In this document: positions 33,029 to 47,100 of the stretch, piece after piece | How the letters are laid out: every line of letters starts with the position of its first letter | Position numbering within the stretch: the first letter of the stretch is position 1 | NCBI RefSeq assembly: GCF_006345805.1 | Contig: NC_043014.1 | Location: forward strand, 744,001 to 808,000 | Direction of reading: 5' to 3' | Length of the DNA: 64,000 nt | DNA from: Octopus sinensis | Taxonomy: Eukaryota | Position numbers and translations under genes: made by a program | Notes under the pieces: model-generated | Seen by the model: the letters and a program-made list of their open reading frames with translations, nothing else | What the model was told of the DNA's origin: nothing | The model's database searches: none

Positions 33029-33262
33029 ATTTCTTTATTTGTGAATTAAGGCTACCAATGGATTTGTGTTAAGAAAAGTAGGAAAATATCCAAGTGTCTA
33101 AACAATTTTTCAAGCCGATCACATGGAAAAAGGTGTTAGCCTCCATTTTGGTTTGAGCATATATATACACACATAAGCAAAACAAAACAAAAGTGGATGT
33201 AAAAGACCAAAAATGAAACAATTTCCAAAGTCAGTAAATGCCAATTGTTGATGAATGTTTAC

Positions 33263-33347
33263 CTTCAGAGTCGCCAACAGCAGTGTAAATGTTGTGCAGC
33301 AGGTAGAGGTGTCGTGTACGATGTGAAGGGATCACAGCTTGATGATA
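33263..33347 (-). CDS. C8orf76: C8orf76-like exon 4 (YHQAVIPSHRTRHLYLLHNIYTAVGDSE)
   Basis: Acceptor ttttcttttctggcttcag|, donor AAG|gtaaac; 85 nt, phase 0->1; keeps the frame between exons 3 and 5. Confidence 0.85.
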
Positions 33348-34274
33348 CTGAAGCCAGAAAAGAAAACAACAAATCAGAACAAAATAATTCAATCCATAAA
33401 ACATTTACTTTCTCACTTTCCCTCTCATCCATATTTATCATCAGCCATTCTTCTCTTACCTTCCTTTCAACATAACTTTATCATCAGCCATTCTTTACTT
33501 CTTGTTCTTCCTTCATTATATTTCACCCCAACCCCACTCATTCACCATCTCTAATCATCCCTAATTCCACCCCCCTTCTATCTACCTCTCCCTTCTCCCT
33601 ATTCTCCTGTCCCCACTCACTCCTACTCACCTTCTACATCAAGGCTCCACCCTGACCCCTCATTATCGTTATTTCTCTTTTCACCTCCACACCAATAAAT
33701 CCCACCCATTCTAGTAGAATGCAAACATCCATTTATTTCCTCTTCTGGTCCCTTCTTTCATACTTTAACCCTTTATCTCCTGGCATTAAACCACTTCGCT
33801 CCCTATGTGGCCCCACTCAAACAAAAGGGATCTTAGTCTTGCACGCTGTAAGGCAACCTCACTAATGCTGGTGCCACACAAAAAGAACCCAAAACACTCT
33901 GTAAAAAAGGTTGGCATTAAGAAGGAGATCCAGTCATAGAAACCATTTTAGACTTTGGCGCTTGATGCAGTCTTTGGATCTGTTGGATCCATATCAGAAA
34001 GGAAGAAGGTTGTTAAAAGACGATGATGATGATGGAAGAGGGGGGATATAAACGATGGTCCTTTTGTTCATTTAAGGGCTTATTCGAGGGCAGCAAACTG
34101 CGACATGCCACAGTATTTCATCCAGTTTGTTGACTTTCTTCAATACGTAATGTTACATATACTACTACTACTACCACCACCACCACCACCAATAATAATG
34201 ATGATGATGATGATGATCTACTAGACGTAATTAGTATATACTGAAAACTAACCCCCAATGGAGTACAAACATTC

Positions 34275-34720
34275 CATTACAAAGTAGAAGTGTAAATACT
34301 CTGTGAGTTGTGCAGAAAGTATGGGCTAGAATGTTCTAACAAGTGATATAAACACCAACGTTTGCCAGTAACAGAGAATGATTGGGTGAATTTCACATAG
34401 GATGTGCCAATCTACACAGATAAAAAGCTGCAACATAACCAACTAGATATCACTCTCCTACAGAAGGAATCCAAAGAATGGATCTTCATCAACATAGCCA
34501 TACCTGCAGACCAGAATAGTGGGAAGACAGACATGGAGAAAGTCCAGAAGTACTGAGACCTATCATTGGAAGTGAAATACATCCATAGAGCCTCAAAAGT
34601 GAGTGGGATCCTATCGTGATTGGTGCATTTGGGACTGTCTCAAAGAAAGCATTATTCTGGCATGAAATACAAAATTGGCAGCAATTTTTGGAAACAGCAC
34701 ATGTATTGAGGAAAGTGTAA
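34275..34720 (+). mobile_element. Non-LTR retrotransposon C-terminal fragment with restriction-like endonuclease (R4/Dong-like)
   Basis: ELCRKYGLECSNK*YKHQ...ENDW...DVPIYTDKKLQHNQLDI...INIAIPADQN...EKVQKY*DL...VIGAFGTV. Confidence 0.75.
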
Positions 34721-36911
34721 TGTCTGTGAGCTGTAGGAAGGAGTTGAGACTTAATATTGATAACTTGAAGAAGAAAGGAAAGAAAAAAAAAGAATAGGAA
34801 TAAAAATAATAATAATTATAATGATAGAGTATAATGTCTGTGAGCTGCAGGAAGGAGTTGAGACTTAAACAAATCAGAAGTGAATGAATCAATTATAATA
34901 ATAATTCTATAAGGTGGTTGGTGTTAGGAAGGGCATCCAGCCATAAAAAAACCTGCCAAAACAGACAGTGAAACTTGGGGTGCAGCTCTCCAGCCTTGCC
35001 AGCCACTGTCAGACCGTCCAACCCATGCCAGCATGAAAAACGGGTGTTAAATGATGAAGATGCTCTTTATCTTTGGTGATCAAACAATAAAATTTAGTTT
35101 CAACAAATTGCAGAAAAGACTCGATTCATTGTGGCTTTAAATGAATCAACGACAAAAAGTGAGATTCCTTGATTTGGTAAAAAGAATCAAAGATTCTGCT
35201 GGTGCTGATGTCTTAAACAGCCAATATTTTCACCTTCCTAAAAGAATGGAACAACAGAGACTTATTGTGTCTCAGACAATCACAAAATAATTGACAACAA
35301 TAATTGGATGACAAAGCCTCCCAAAGGAATTCGGCAAAGAAGACTGGGAGATGGGTGAGAGGGTAATCCGTTTAAAATTCAAAGGAGCTATGAGGTTTTA
35401 GGGGCCCAGCAGATAGTGGACATACTCCTACCTCCTAAATTTCTTGAGCTCTGGACAGATATACAAGCTGAAGCCATCTCTTATTAATCTGGACTAGTGA
35501 TTAAGCCACTGGATTCAGGATGATAAGATCATGGGTTCAATTCCTGGATAAGGTAGTACATTATGTCCTTGAGCAAGGTGTTTCATATCATGTTGTTCCA
35601 GTCTACTCAGCCGTAAATGTGTACCAACCCAGTGCTGATGCAACCTTTTCCCTTCTCCAGTTGTGACACTTTATATTCCACTGAGTCATGGGTGGAAGGG
35701 ATGAGATCATATCTATGTCTATTCACAACTAGTGAAATCTTGGCATATATTACCAAGTCATCCTTGATGCCAAATGATGGCCATCCCATAGAATAACACC
35801 AGCCACGGGTAATACAGGGACATTGAGTGAAATAAACAATTCTTTTTTAGTGACAACCAGGATTCTTCTGTTATGATTTTATGAATGGGTTGGATGGTTT
35901 TGTAAATCCAGGAATTTTTAAGGAAATTATTAATCCTGTGGTTTTACAACTGAAATATTTTACCCCCATATTTTGGGTTTCCAAATGTGATTTGGTCGAT
36001 AATTAAGGAGGTTGAGACAAGCAGAGAAAGTAATTAACAGATACAGCAAAATGTGACTGATGTAAGTCAAGAAATGAATGCACTTTACCTCACTCTTGGA
36101 GTCTTCTACATTTTATTGGAATGGTCTGAGAGAAGGGAGTGTACCTATGGCATCCAAAGGCTTTTTAAGAATGGTTATTGTTCTTGATGAATGATTTTAA
36201 GTCAATGATGATAGAAGGAAAAAAGAGGGATTCCAGAGGAGACCATTTTGGTGGAGGAAAAGGAGTGGACATAGGGGTTGGGGTGAGAAATGGTGGGAGA
36301 CAATGTGAATGACATTGATAACATTGCCAAACCTACCTGTCAGAGAGAAAGGGGCTTTGTCTTTAGGGGCCAGAAAATACTTTGACTCAACAAGACATGT
36401 GGGACTCCATATTACGGGGACTTTCACAAAAACCTTTGGATTATAGGATTTACTTGATCGAGAGTGACCTGGGTCTGAACACCACACCTGCAATCAAAAT
36501 GCTACTACACACACACAAACCATCATCATCAGAGACTACATGTTGTGGAGATCGCTAGCATCTAAATCTGTCCAATTGCTGGAATGCGAATCAGTTCAAC
36601 AGAATGAAATGGAAAGTTGTAGAAGTCTCTAGAATGTTCTAATGGCTTACAGCTATACAAGCAGAGCTGGTAGGGGGACGTTTCTCTTCTTGCCTTTGTC
36701 TGAGAGACAGACAATAAACCCGTCTGCAGTATCCCTGTGTTGTTCTTTGTGAGTGAACAACAAGAGAAGAACTACATAAGAAAGATAACCTGGCAGAGCT
36801 AGAAATCTCCAGACACCAAAGATGAAAAGCAGCGCTGACCCTTTTTCTTTGCCTCCCACTCCTTAGATTACGGAAGAAAAGTGCAATATTGGTGAAGAAA
36901 TATGGACTGAC

Positions 36912-37024
36912 CAATTTGTTTGCAATGTGGATGGCTTGATGGTGGTCTCCTGTCATTAGGTGAGCTCTGGCCAAAGACTCTGTCATGTCTTGGAGCATTG
37001 AAGAATTATGTTCTGGGAGAAGTC
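36912..37024 (-). CDS. C8orf76: C8orf76-like exon 3 (GLLPEHNSSMLQDMTESLARAHLMTGDHHQAIHIANKL)
   Basis: Acceptor tcttctattgcag|, donor TTG|gtcagt; 113 nt, phase 1->0. Resembles [29 protein letters not shown]. Confidence 0.9.
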
Positions 37025-37904
37025 CTGCAATAGAAGACACACATTTAACAGATGATGGAACAGGAGCATAAGGACACTGATGGAAGAGGTGTAGTGAGGG
37101 TCATCGTCTTTGTCGTAGTAGTAAGATGATAAAATGGAAGATGTTAGCGCCAAGGCTATTTTACAAACTGTCCTCCTAACAGAAACACCAAGCCCTCCCT
37201 GGTTTCTGTTATTAAACACAGAATTAGTTGGTTATTTAAAACTGATGGAACATTCATTTAATATCTCTATCACAGACACATATACATAATATAATGCGTA
37301 TATATGTACATATATATATATAATGTGTGCATTATGTGGTCGGTTGAGCTGAAAATATGCACACCTATGTTAAGAGTGCTGGCAAGTTTGCATGGTAACT
37401 ATTTTATTCCTCAAATGAAAGGTGTGACCTCTAGGACAAAATTCCTCATCTTATAAAATGTGGCCCAAGTAGACCCGAATGAAATCGGGTTATATTAACC
37501 AAAATGTGAAAAGGGGTCTAAATGGGTCTGGAAGGGGATTAAAATTTACAGGAGCAGGTGTTTCGGAATTCTGTTACATCAAGCTAAAAAATTTGTGCAG
37601 CCTTTAAATCTTCAATGTGTTGCCGTCCGTGATGAAGAAGTTTTGAATGCTTGCCATGGTGAGTCTACTGTCGTGAGAAAGAATCACTTCAAAACTTGAT
37701 GTTTAGGAATTTTCTTTTACATCAAGTTCAAAATTTTATGCCAGCCATTAAACTGCCACTACGTTGCTGTCCGTTGTTGAGAAATGCCAGATTCTATCCC
37801 TTCAAACTTTGGTTTCCAATATTTTTTTAATTTTTATTCAGCTCGCAAGTTCATCTGTCCCTTTAAATGTTAGTGTTTTGCTGTCTGTGTGTAATATATG
37901 TATG

Positions 37905-38135
37905 TATTTCTTTATTGCCCACAGGGGGCTAAACATAGAGGGGACAAACAAGGACAGACAAAGGGGTTAAGTCAATTACACTGACCCCAGTGCATAACTG
38001 GTACTTATTTAATCAAGCCCAAAAGGATGAAAAGCAAAAATGACCTTGGCAGAATTTGAACTCAGAGCGTAAAGACAGAGAAATACCGCTAGGAATTTTG
38101 CCCGGTGTGCTAACGATTCTGCCAGCTTGCTGCCT
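37905..38135 (-). mobile_element. Meta-domain-type SINE (family A)
   Basis: Reverse complement of the 56533-56760 element, including the ...gtcccctctatgtttagccccctgtgggcaataaagaaata tail. Confidence 0.8.
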
Positions 38136-38497
38136 ATATACACACACACACACACAATGAAGATGCATTAGCAAGAGTTTAATTAGCTTACATGTGGTTC
38201 AAATATATGTGTGTGTGTGTGTATGAGTAAGCTCTGTCTTAGAACAGACAGATTGTATCCCTGTGTGTCGTAGCCAGAGATTAGAAGGGTTGGCCCCAGG
38301 AGATCATCAGGTAATAAAACACTGATGATGATGATGATATGAGAGGTGTATATTAGAGATCTCACCAGTATATACACATTATATGTGAGGTGTGTATATT
38401 ACAGATTCCCCTATATACACCCTACATATGTAAGGTGTGTATACTACCTATATAGAGATGACATTTAGGACATCGCTGATCAATAACAATCACTTAC

Positions 38498-38621
38498 CAA
38501 TGGCTTTCTCATATTTCTCGATGGCCTCCAAATAATTTCCTTGTCCGAAATGGAAATCAGCGCTAAACTTGAGATGCTGCAGTTTTTCTTCATCTTCTTT
38601 CGCAACAGCATCTTCAAACCA
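38498..38621 (-). CDS. C8orf76: C8orf76-like exon 2 (WFEDAVAKEDEEKLQHLKFSADFHFGQGNYLEAIEKYEKAI)
   Basis: Acceptor tctttgtccag|, donor TTG|gtaagt; 124 nt, phase 0->1. TPR-like helix resembling WFYEE...KFKGDLAYRRQEYQKAL. Confidence 0.9.
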
Positions 38622-39646
38622 CTGGACAAAGACATCGACAGACAGAGAGAAATGAATCTTCCACAAGAAATGTTTAATGTTTCACCAACACCAAAATAAC
38701 TAAAAGCAATAACTTATAATAAAAACTCTTTGGATGGTAGAAAGTTTCCTGTTAATTATTTAATTAACAGCCAAAATTTTAATAAGCTGTGGGGCTGAAA
38801 TCATAGTTTCTGGAACCTAAGTAGCCACATGATAGCATTATGGTGGTGTGCTGTGATGGCATGAACATGCGAGTGATGACTAACGAAACAAGATTAATGA
38901 GTAATGGTTGTGAGTAGTAATAGTGGGATATAGATGTAAACCAAAGAGGACCAAGATAAAAATAATTTGGACACATTTGCATAAGAAATGGAAATTAAAG
39001 ATTGAAGGTTTTTGTGGGGCCATGTTATTGCTGAAGCTTTTTTTTTTTTTTCTGATTGAGGTGGTGATGGTGACGGTGGCTTCCACGCTTGCTTCTACAT
39101 GTAATCAGACATTGTAATTATTGCTGTAAGGGGCCTTTTTTTTCACCTGCAGTACACTTATATTCTCTTCAAAATTAAGCAGCACACCTGAACGAAAAAT
39201 ACAACTAAAAGTATTGGGGGGGAAAATTATATTCAGGTTACACTGTGGCACCCCAGTGTGCCGCAGCCTACCCGTTGCGGTGCATCGCTCTCTACCAAAG
39301 ACGTCATTCAACCAAGCCGAGACGGTTAGGCGACCATCTTAAGAGGAGACAACTCGGAAACTGTTTCAGGACTTTCGGATTCTTTTAGGGAAAATAAATT
39401 TAATAGAAACTTTGGGATTCCCTCTCTCTCCGATATTTAACAAACTCAATGATTCTCCTGGTGCTCTTATGTCTGCTTTGGTAGGGTTCTTACAGCCAGA
39501 GACCCTTCCTAACATCAATCAATTTACAGAACACACTGAATGCCTTCGTTAGTGCACAAGCATTAATGAGATCACCAAGTCACTTGAGAGACAAAAAGGA
39601 AAAAAAGGCAGCAATCTGTTATCAAATGTTTCCACATGGTTTAGAC

Positions 39647-39844
39647 TAGTGCTACTCAAAGTGGTGGTCCACGGACCGGTGCTGGTCTGTGAGCCGTCAG
39701 CTGCCGGTACACGGCGAGTTTCCAGAAGAGAAAGAAACATCACAAAATGCTTGGCCCTCGTGCCGGTAGCACTTATTACCAGACCCTGGCACATTGGAAA
39801 AAAAAACAGCCAGTACAGCAGATCAGATAGTTTGAGAAGAACTG
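39647..39844. mobile_element. hAT-like MITE (198 bp)
   Basis: Imperfect TIRs tagtgctactcaaa / tttgagaagaactg, flanked by an 8-bp TSD GTTTAGAC / GTTTAGAT. Confidence 0.75.
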
Positions 39845-39979
39845 GTTTAGATAAAAAGTTACATTCTTTAATCAGCAAATTTCAAGGTTTGAAGGAGTTG
39901 ATCCAGTGACCCTGGAATTCAATCAGTTATTGTAAACAAGAAGGGGTCTTGTGTCGCACAAAAATGTTATTTATGCGTT

Positions 39980-40210
39980 TAGTCCCTTTTGCATTTAAAC
40001 CAGACATACCTGGGGCCCAAATATCCTACCTGTTTTACGTTCAAACCAGCCAGGTCCTACCTCTCACACTAACCCTACAATGTCATTCTAAAAATAAACA
40101 ATCACATCATCAAAATATCAAAGTTCAAGAGAATGCCTGATTAATTCAAAATAGTGTGAAATAAATAATGATTACATTTGAGCAAGTAATGTGAAAGTGA
40201 AAGGCTTAAA
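39980..40210. mobile_element. Degenerate piggyBac-like MITE
   Basis: Ends cccttttgcattt ... gaaagtgaaaggcttaa; related partial copy at about 21730-21900. Confidence 0.45.
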
Positions 40211-40917
40211 GTAAATGACCCTTGGGTTGTTTCTCGTATCCACCCCTGTTGTAGTCATTTAATTACTTTGTGAGGTACAACATTTATAAGAATGTGAGCA
40301 GTTGGTCAATATCAAGAAATGCTGGAAGAATATTTTCAAATATTTTCAAATGTTCATAACCAATGTTTGAATTCCAAATGGGCTGAAACTGATTGAGAAG
40401 GAACCGAGATGAAGCTTGTGGGACGAAGAACTTCATCGTTTTTTTGGAATTGCAGAATAAATGACCTTCAGCAGCAACAGTAAGAGATCTGGACATTACA
40501 GACTTTATTCCACAACTAAATAATAGAGGTCAACTTAAGGCAAGGAAGGAACGAACCCACCCTGTCAGACAGCAATCATTAACGGACATCAACGTCTCGG
40601 AAGGATGAGAACTCTGGCCAGAGTAAAACTGAGATAATCAAGAAAACTAGTCAGAAGATGACAGCATTTAAAACTGGGATCAACCACAAATAACAGCAGT
40701 GGAGGGAACCGGGACAATCCAACAACAATATAAGATGACCTTAAAACAAGATATTGCTATTGAGGTTCACTTTTCCAGGATTGCAGGGGTTACGTGGAAT
40801 TTGTTGCCCTTCCTGTCAGCAACCCACACTTGTTTCCAAGCAAGATTTCCCTATGGCTGGACATGTCTTCACAAAAAATTGGAAACATGGGACACCGCTT
40901 GTATGATGGTGACACTC

Positions 40918-41262
40918 ATCATCATCGTTTAACGTCCGCTTTCCATGCTAGCATTGGTTGGACGGTTCAACTGGGGTCTGGGAAGCCCGAAGGCTCCACT
41001 AGGCCCAGTCTGATCTGGCAGTGTTTCTACAGCTGGATGCCCTTCCTAACGCCAACCACTCTGTGAGTGTAGTGGGTGCTTTTTATGTGCCACTGGCACG
41101 GAGACCGAACGAAGCTGGCAACAGCCACGGTCGGATGGTGCTTTTTACGTGCCACCGGCATGGAAGCCAGTCAGGGCGGCGCTGGTTACGGCCACATTCG
41201 GATGGTTCTCTTACATGCCACCGGCACTGGTATCACAGCTACAAATTCCATTGATGTTGATC
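40918..41262 (-). mobile_element. RTE 3' UTR fragment
   Basis: Same UTR and (CAT)n tail as the other copies. Confidence 0.85.
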
Positions 41263-41329
41263 GATTATGATTTTGTACAACAATCATGTGATGTCAAGAT
41301 AAGACGACCCTCCCATATGTGTTTGTGTA

Positions 41330-41379
<50 letters not shown>

Positions 41380-41563
41380 AAAGCTTCAGTTTCTGTCAAG
41401 CAAATCCACTCACAAGGCTTTGGTCAACCCAGGGGAATAGTAAAAGACACTTGGCCAAGATGCAACACAGTGGGACTGAACCCAAAACCAGATCGCTGAG
41501 AAGCAGAGTTCTGAACCAAAACAAGATGACAATGCAGGGACAAACGAATCGTTGCATACTTAC

Positions 41564-41665
41564 AAGCATTGAACAATATTTTGCATTGTAACAAGTTGGC
41601 AAAGGTTTCAACTCCTTTTTGTTGTCTTCATAAAAAGTATCATCAAAATTTAGTCCAAGCTCCAT
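41564..41665 (-). CDS. C8orf76: C8orf76-like protein, coding exon 1 (MELGLNFDDTFYEDNKKELKPLPTCYNAKYCSML)
   Basis: ATG at 41665; donor CTT|gtaagt; 102 nt, phase 0. Resembles the vertebrate C8orf76 N-terminus as I recall it (FEDSVFEE...SYCAKLCEPQW). Confidence 0.85.
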
Positions 41666-42986
41666 CCTTGATGCGGTCACTGTTTCATCTTCTCTGTTCA
41701 ATTGTTTTTGTCACTGTTAATTAATTATTACAGTTAATTAGCAAATGTTCATTAATCACAAATTATTCATATTAAATTCACAGTTAAATCATCAAAATTC
41801 ACACTGAACCTCATGGTTAATTAGAAAATGAAATAATAATAATAATCCTGTCTACTATAGGCAGAAGGCCTGAAATTTGGAGGAGGGTGGAAGTCGATCA
41901 CATTGACAGGTACTTAATTTATCAACTGCAAAAGGATGAAAGACAAAGTCAATCTCGGCAGAATTTGAACTCAGAACACAGAGACAGGCAAAATGCTGCT
42001 GGGCATGTTTGGTTGCCATGGTAATGATTCTGCCAGTTTCCCAAAACACATTTTCGGTTATGGTGGATGAAGAAGGAGCGGAGTTGGTTTGTCCACTTTG
42101 GACTTTCAGGGTTTTTCTCCACAATGTTTAACACAAAGAACAAATATTTCCCGTTTAGAATTAAGGGGTTACTATGGGGTCCTGAACATGCTAGAAATAG
42201 CAGACAAATCTCCCTTAAACAACATTTTGTTCTGTTATTCTAAATAAAAGATGGGACGGTCCAGTCAAAACGTTTCATGTCCATATTATAGTGACCATGG
42301 TTGTTCCCATGCTATCTCAGTTTTCTAAGTGTATGTCATGTTAGGAAAGACTCTGGAGTAAATAATGAAACTTCACAAGAAATAAGAGTGGATTTAATTA
42401 TTTCTTTATTTGCTCTATACATCAGTGTTGTTATGTCTAGTATCATATCTAATTAGCGTTACGTCTAATTAATTAGTGCCATGTCTAGTCAGCTATAATC
42501 AAACAGACCTCTGACCATCCAATCTTTTTGTTGGGATCAAGTCAACCATGAGTAACATTATGCCGTGTTCTTCCCACTGAGTGTAATTTGGAAACTTGGC
42601 TGCTATTTCTTGAAGGCCAAGAGATTGTACAGAAGTTCCGTTATTGGAAACTGAGTTTGCAGATGAAGACTGGTCAACAGCTTCAGAATTAGTGTCTGGT
42701 GAGAGACCAACCCTTAACAGAACTGAGTGGGGTACTGTGGATGGTTGCGAGTTATTTCAGACAACAGTCCTAAACAGAACATTAACATCAGTAGATATAC
42801 GCAGGGGAGTTTCAGACGGATGCAAAATCCTATATAAACCTAATTATATGAGTGTCTGTATACATACACACACAAAACAGTTCGTTGTAAAAGACAAAAT
42901 TATTTGGGTGTATAGGGAGTTGATGCAGTATCAGTGGGGGAACTCTAGCAGTGTAAGAATAGGTGTATATCTACATATACATACAT

Positions 42987-43064
<78 letters not shown>

Positions 43065-44105
43065 AACAAACGTAATTGTATAAAAGAGAGTTTGATGTCG
43101 TGTCAGGTGCAGACAAGTTTGACAGTGTGTTTGGTGAAAGTACAATGTAAAGTTACAGTATGGTTTGAGATATAAATTATTGTTTAAACTGCACAAACCT
43201 TGTATAGTCGAACCTGTTAAATGGACAATTAGTAAGAAGACGACCGAGAAATTCGTTATATATTATATTATATTATATCGTAAATATGTGTACTATATTA
43301 TATCTTCATGTATTATAACTTATATTATATTGCATATTAACGTACAACATTTCATATGAGTATTATATTTGGTATAAAAAGAGGTTATATTATTTGTAAA
43401 TGTAAGATATTTTACGTAAACTGGAAAGGAAGTTGAATAAAATCTTGTTTACGTGAAAGAGAGTCGGAGAAATGCTTGCAAGCACCTGGCCATGTGTCGT
43501 TGTTGTGGTTGAGGACAAGGGGAGACAACTCTAAACAAAGATGCTTCCTGTCTGTCGAGGCCTTCTCAGTTTTTCTTCAGCTTTTTCCCCGACACCTTTC
43601 CAACATTTCTTTTTTACCTTATAGGTTAACAACAGCCATTTATTTTACCTTTTAGTCCAGATTTGTCCCTCATTAGCCCAGATTTGTCCCACGTTAGACA
43701 CATGCACAAATAGACACTGGGCTTCTTTTACACGTGCTCTATATTATCCCTACACCGTCCAGAAATTACTGTGGCTGTTCTTGGTTTTTTAGACCAGGTT
43801 TTTTCTGAAGAAGGAAAATGCATTCGAAAGAATTCGGTTGCTATTTCTAGCACATGCTGTGGTCACAAACAGTCTTCTTTGTTGGATTATCTCTCATAAT
43901 GCAGACTTAACCAATAAACCACTCGTCTTTCCCCATCCTTAGCCACATCTTCATTTCCAGACTCTTTCGTTTTGCTAGGCTCCAGCGAATCGAGTTTAAA
44001 GATTTCTCTTCGTCAGCAAGGGACGGGGACCCCACACCAACTTGTTTTGCTACTGACCCTGAGACAAGAATGCTTCTAGTCTTTCTCTCTCCTCCCTACC
44101 CCCTG

Positions 44106-44161
<56 letters not shown>

Positions 44162-47100
44162 GTGTGTGTGTGTTTACCTCCACCGTACTCGACAACCAGT
44201 GCCGGTTTGTTTACATCCCCGTAACATAGCCGTTCAGCAAAAGAGAAAATACGCACTGAAGTCGATTTGTTTGACTCCATCCTTCAAGTTTCATCAACAT
44301 CATCACCATTGACTTCATCCTCCTTCCATGCTAAACGGTTTGACAGGAACTGACAAGCCAGAGGACTGCACCAGGCTCCATTGTGTATTTCGGCTTGATT
44401 TCTGTGGCTGGATGCCCTTCCTAACGCCATTTCACAGAGGGCATTGGGTGCCTTTTGCATGGTCCCAGCAACAAGTGAGGTCGCCAAATAGCTTACAAAA
44501 CAAGACCCACCCACCCTCCACCGAGTGGAGAGTTGTAAAGAGGGAGGTGGCTTTGTGCCTGGTGGTGAGAAGTTAAACTATGATAGAGGGATAGAAATAG
44601 GGGTCTTGCAGTAATGGCTACCTCAGCAGGAAAGAGAAAATGTGATGACAGTGTTGGTGGTTGTACAGTGAAGTTAAAGGATGGTGTTATATAAGTGGAA
44701 CCAAGGATTGATTGGATAGGGCAGGTAAGTTTGCAAGATTACAAAGGGAGAGTGAGAAGTGGAAGGGAGTTAATGTGAGTAGACACAAATAGGGGACAGG
44801 GGCTGTTCGGAAGATAGGTTGTGATGAAGAACTTCAACAAGAACACATTGTGTAGGGGTGGGTTTGTGACGGTGTGAAAGGAGAGGGGGAGATCCTGGAC
44901 CTGTAATTAAAGGGCCATATCACACTGAGTTGTACTGATTCTACTTATGGATTATGTTGTGGGTACATGTGTGCTGTGGTATACTCAGCCAGTCATAACC
45001 ATACAACTACAAGCTGACAGAATCATTAGAACACTGGACAAAATGCCTTACATTCTGAGTTCAAATCCCACCTTGGTTGACTTTGCCTTTCATCCTTTCA
45101 GGGTTGATAAAATAAGTACCAGTTGAACAGTGGGAGGCGGGGCAATGAAATCAATTTAACCCCTCCACTGAAGTTGCTGGCCTTGTGTCAAAATTTGAAA
45201 TCTAAATGTGTAACCAGTTCGGTTGATCAAACAACTGGAATGATCATCCTAGAAACAGATGAAGAACCATTTCCTTTAGTTTTTGTTTACTTATACACAT
45301 CAACAAATGAGGTAATCTCTGTATGGTTATTTAATTTGCTAGAAATAACCCCTCAAACTATGTTTTAACATTTTAAAAATGAAGGACACATTAAAAACTG
45401 TTGTCCTACATCTTCAATAAAAATACAGAATTGTTCCTTCTTGCCTGAAGGAACCATTCAGGGAAGGAGATCCTTTAAACCTTGTGAGACAATGGATCAG
45501 TGTCTGGAAAACCTTGCTTTGGACTTGTTGGAAGAACTGGGTCTGCTGTTACTGCAACAGACTTCAAGTGAGGGACAGGCCCAGCTGGAGTAACCATATT
45601 TGAAGGCAGCACTGTCGTCATCAGCCAATTTTGTCCTGGTGCTGTTTTGTCATCATATTTTACTTTTCTTCATCAGTAATACTCAATCATTCCTAAATTC
45701 TTGTCCAATTCCAGTCTCCATCAGCAACAATCAACAGACTTCATCTCTCGCTTCAGTGAGTCTGTGTATGTGTGCGAATATGATTATGTGTGCGCATGCG
45801 TGTATGTGTGCATGTCTGTTGTGTTTATGTTTATTTCTCATCACTTAACCCGGTGTTGGTGTGTTTATATCCCTGTAACTTAGCAGTTCACCAAAAAGGA
45901 CTGACAGATCAAATCAACTGAGAGTTGATTTAGTAGACTAAACCACAGGAAGTTATGCCCCAGCATGGCCTCAGTCTTATGACTTGAAACAAGTCAAAGA
46001 CTAACAATAAAGGAATGGCATTTCATTTTATGATCACAAAATAAAAGTAGAAATTAATTGCAAGCAATCAGCTGAAGAAAATTAAAACTTTGAAACACGT
46101 TTTTCTTTTCGAGATAATCATTTCAGTATTTTAAAACACGGAATTCCTCCGGAAGAATGGAATTTCAAAATGAGTTGGAAGCTAATTCTTTTTTTTCTTT
46201 TTTTGTGGGTGGGGGGGAGTTAAGAAATTAAAAAACTTTGATGTTAAAAAGAAGATTCCAAAGAAATTTTGAGAAAACCCAAAAGTGGGTGGAAGAGGGT
46301 GGAGTGCCTATTCACCCTGGGTATCCAGCTGTAAAACCTTGCCAAAACAGACAGGAGAGCCTGACACAGCTCTGTGGGTGACCAATCCCTATTAAATCAG
46401 TCAGAAATAGCAGGAAGAGGCATCAAATGATGATGGGAAATACTGCAGTAAATATTAGTTTCAAATTTAGTCACAAGGCCAGCAATTTTGGTGGAGGGGT
46501 AAGTTGATTACATCAACCCCAGCACTCAACTGGTACTTATTTCATTGACCCCAAGCGGATGAAAGGCAAAGTTGACCCAAGTGGAATTTGAACTCAGAAT
46601 GTCAATGCCTGGCATGCTGACAGATCTGCCAACACTCCACCTTAACTGCAGCAGAGGATATTAATTGAGGTCAGTGACATTGTTGCTGGTGGTGTCTTCC
46701 AATCAAAGTGTCCATAACTAGGGGTTTATTCATTTAGTTATTTCGAGTCAGATTCAATTTCATTTGGATTGTATAACAGTCACCATTAACTCTCAACTAG
46801 TTTCTGCTTAAAGTGAAAAATATCTCTGGCTGATAACAGAATAATCTGCTGGTAGAGGTCACGTGGTTGGAGGGAGGAGGGGGATAGAGAAAGAGAGAGA
46901 GAGGCAGACAAAGGAAGAGGAGTGAGAGAGAGAAAGGCAGACAAAGGAAGAGGGAGGAGGGAGAGAGAGAAAGGCAGACAGAGGAAGGGGGAGATTACGT
47001 GTTGGTTCAACCAGTTAAAATAAAATGACTGCTTTGATATCAGTAATTGATAGAAATCCATAATTTCTTCTTTATCTTCGACATTTTCTTCCAGATCCCG

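Noticed and set aside
36230-36890. Extension of the exon 3 ORF and a possible element in intron 3
   Set aside because: The ORF beyond 36912 is intron read-through, and no transposon motif could be confirmed.
43450-43700. Possible promoter or 5' UTR exon of the C8orf76-like gene
   Set aside because: Non-repetitive and upstream, but no diagnostic motif or firm splice partner.
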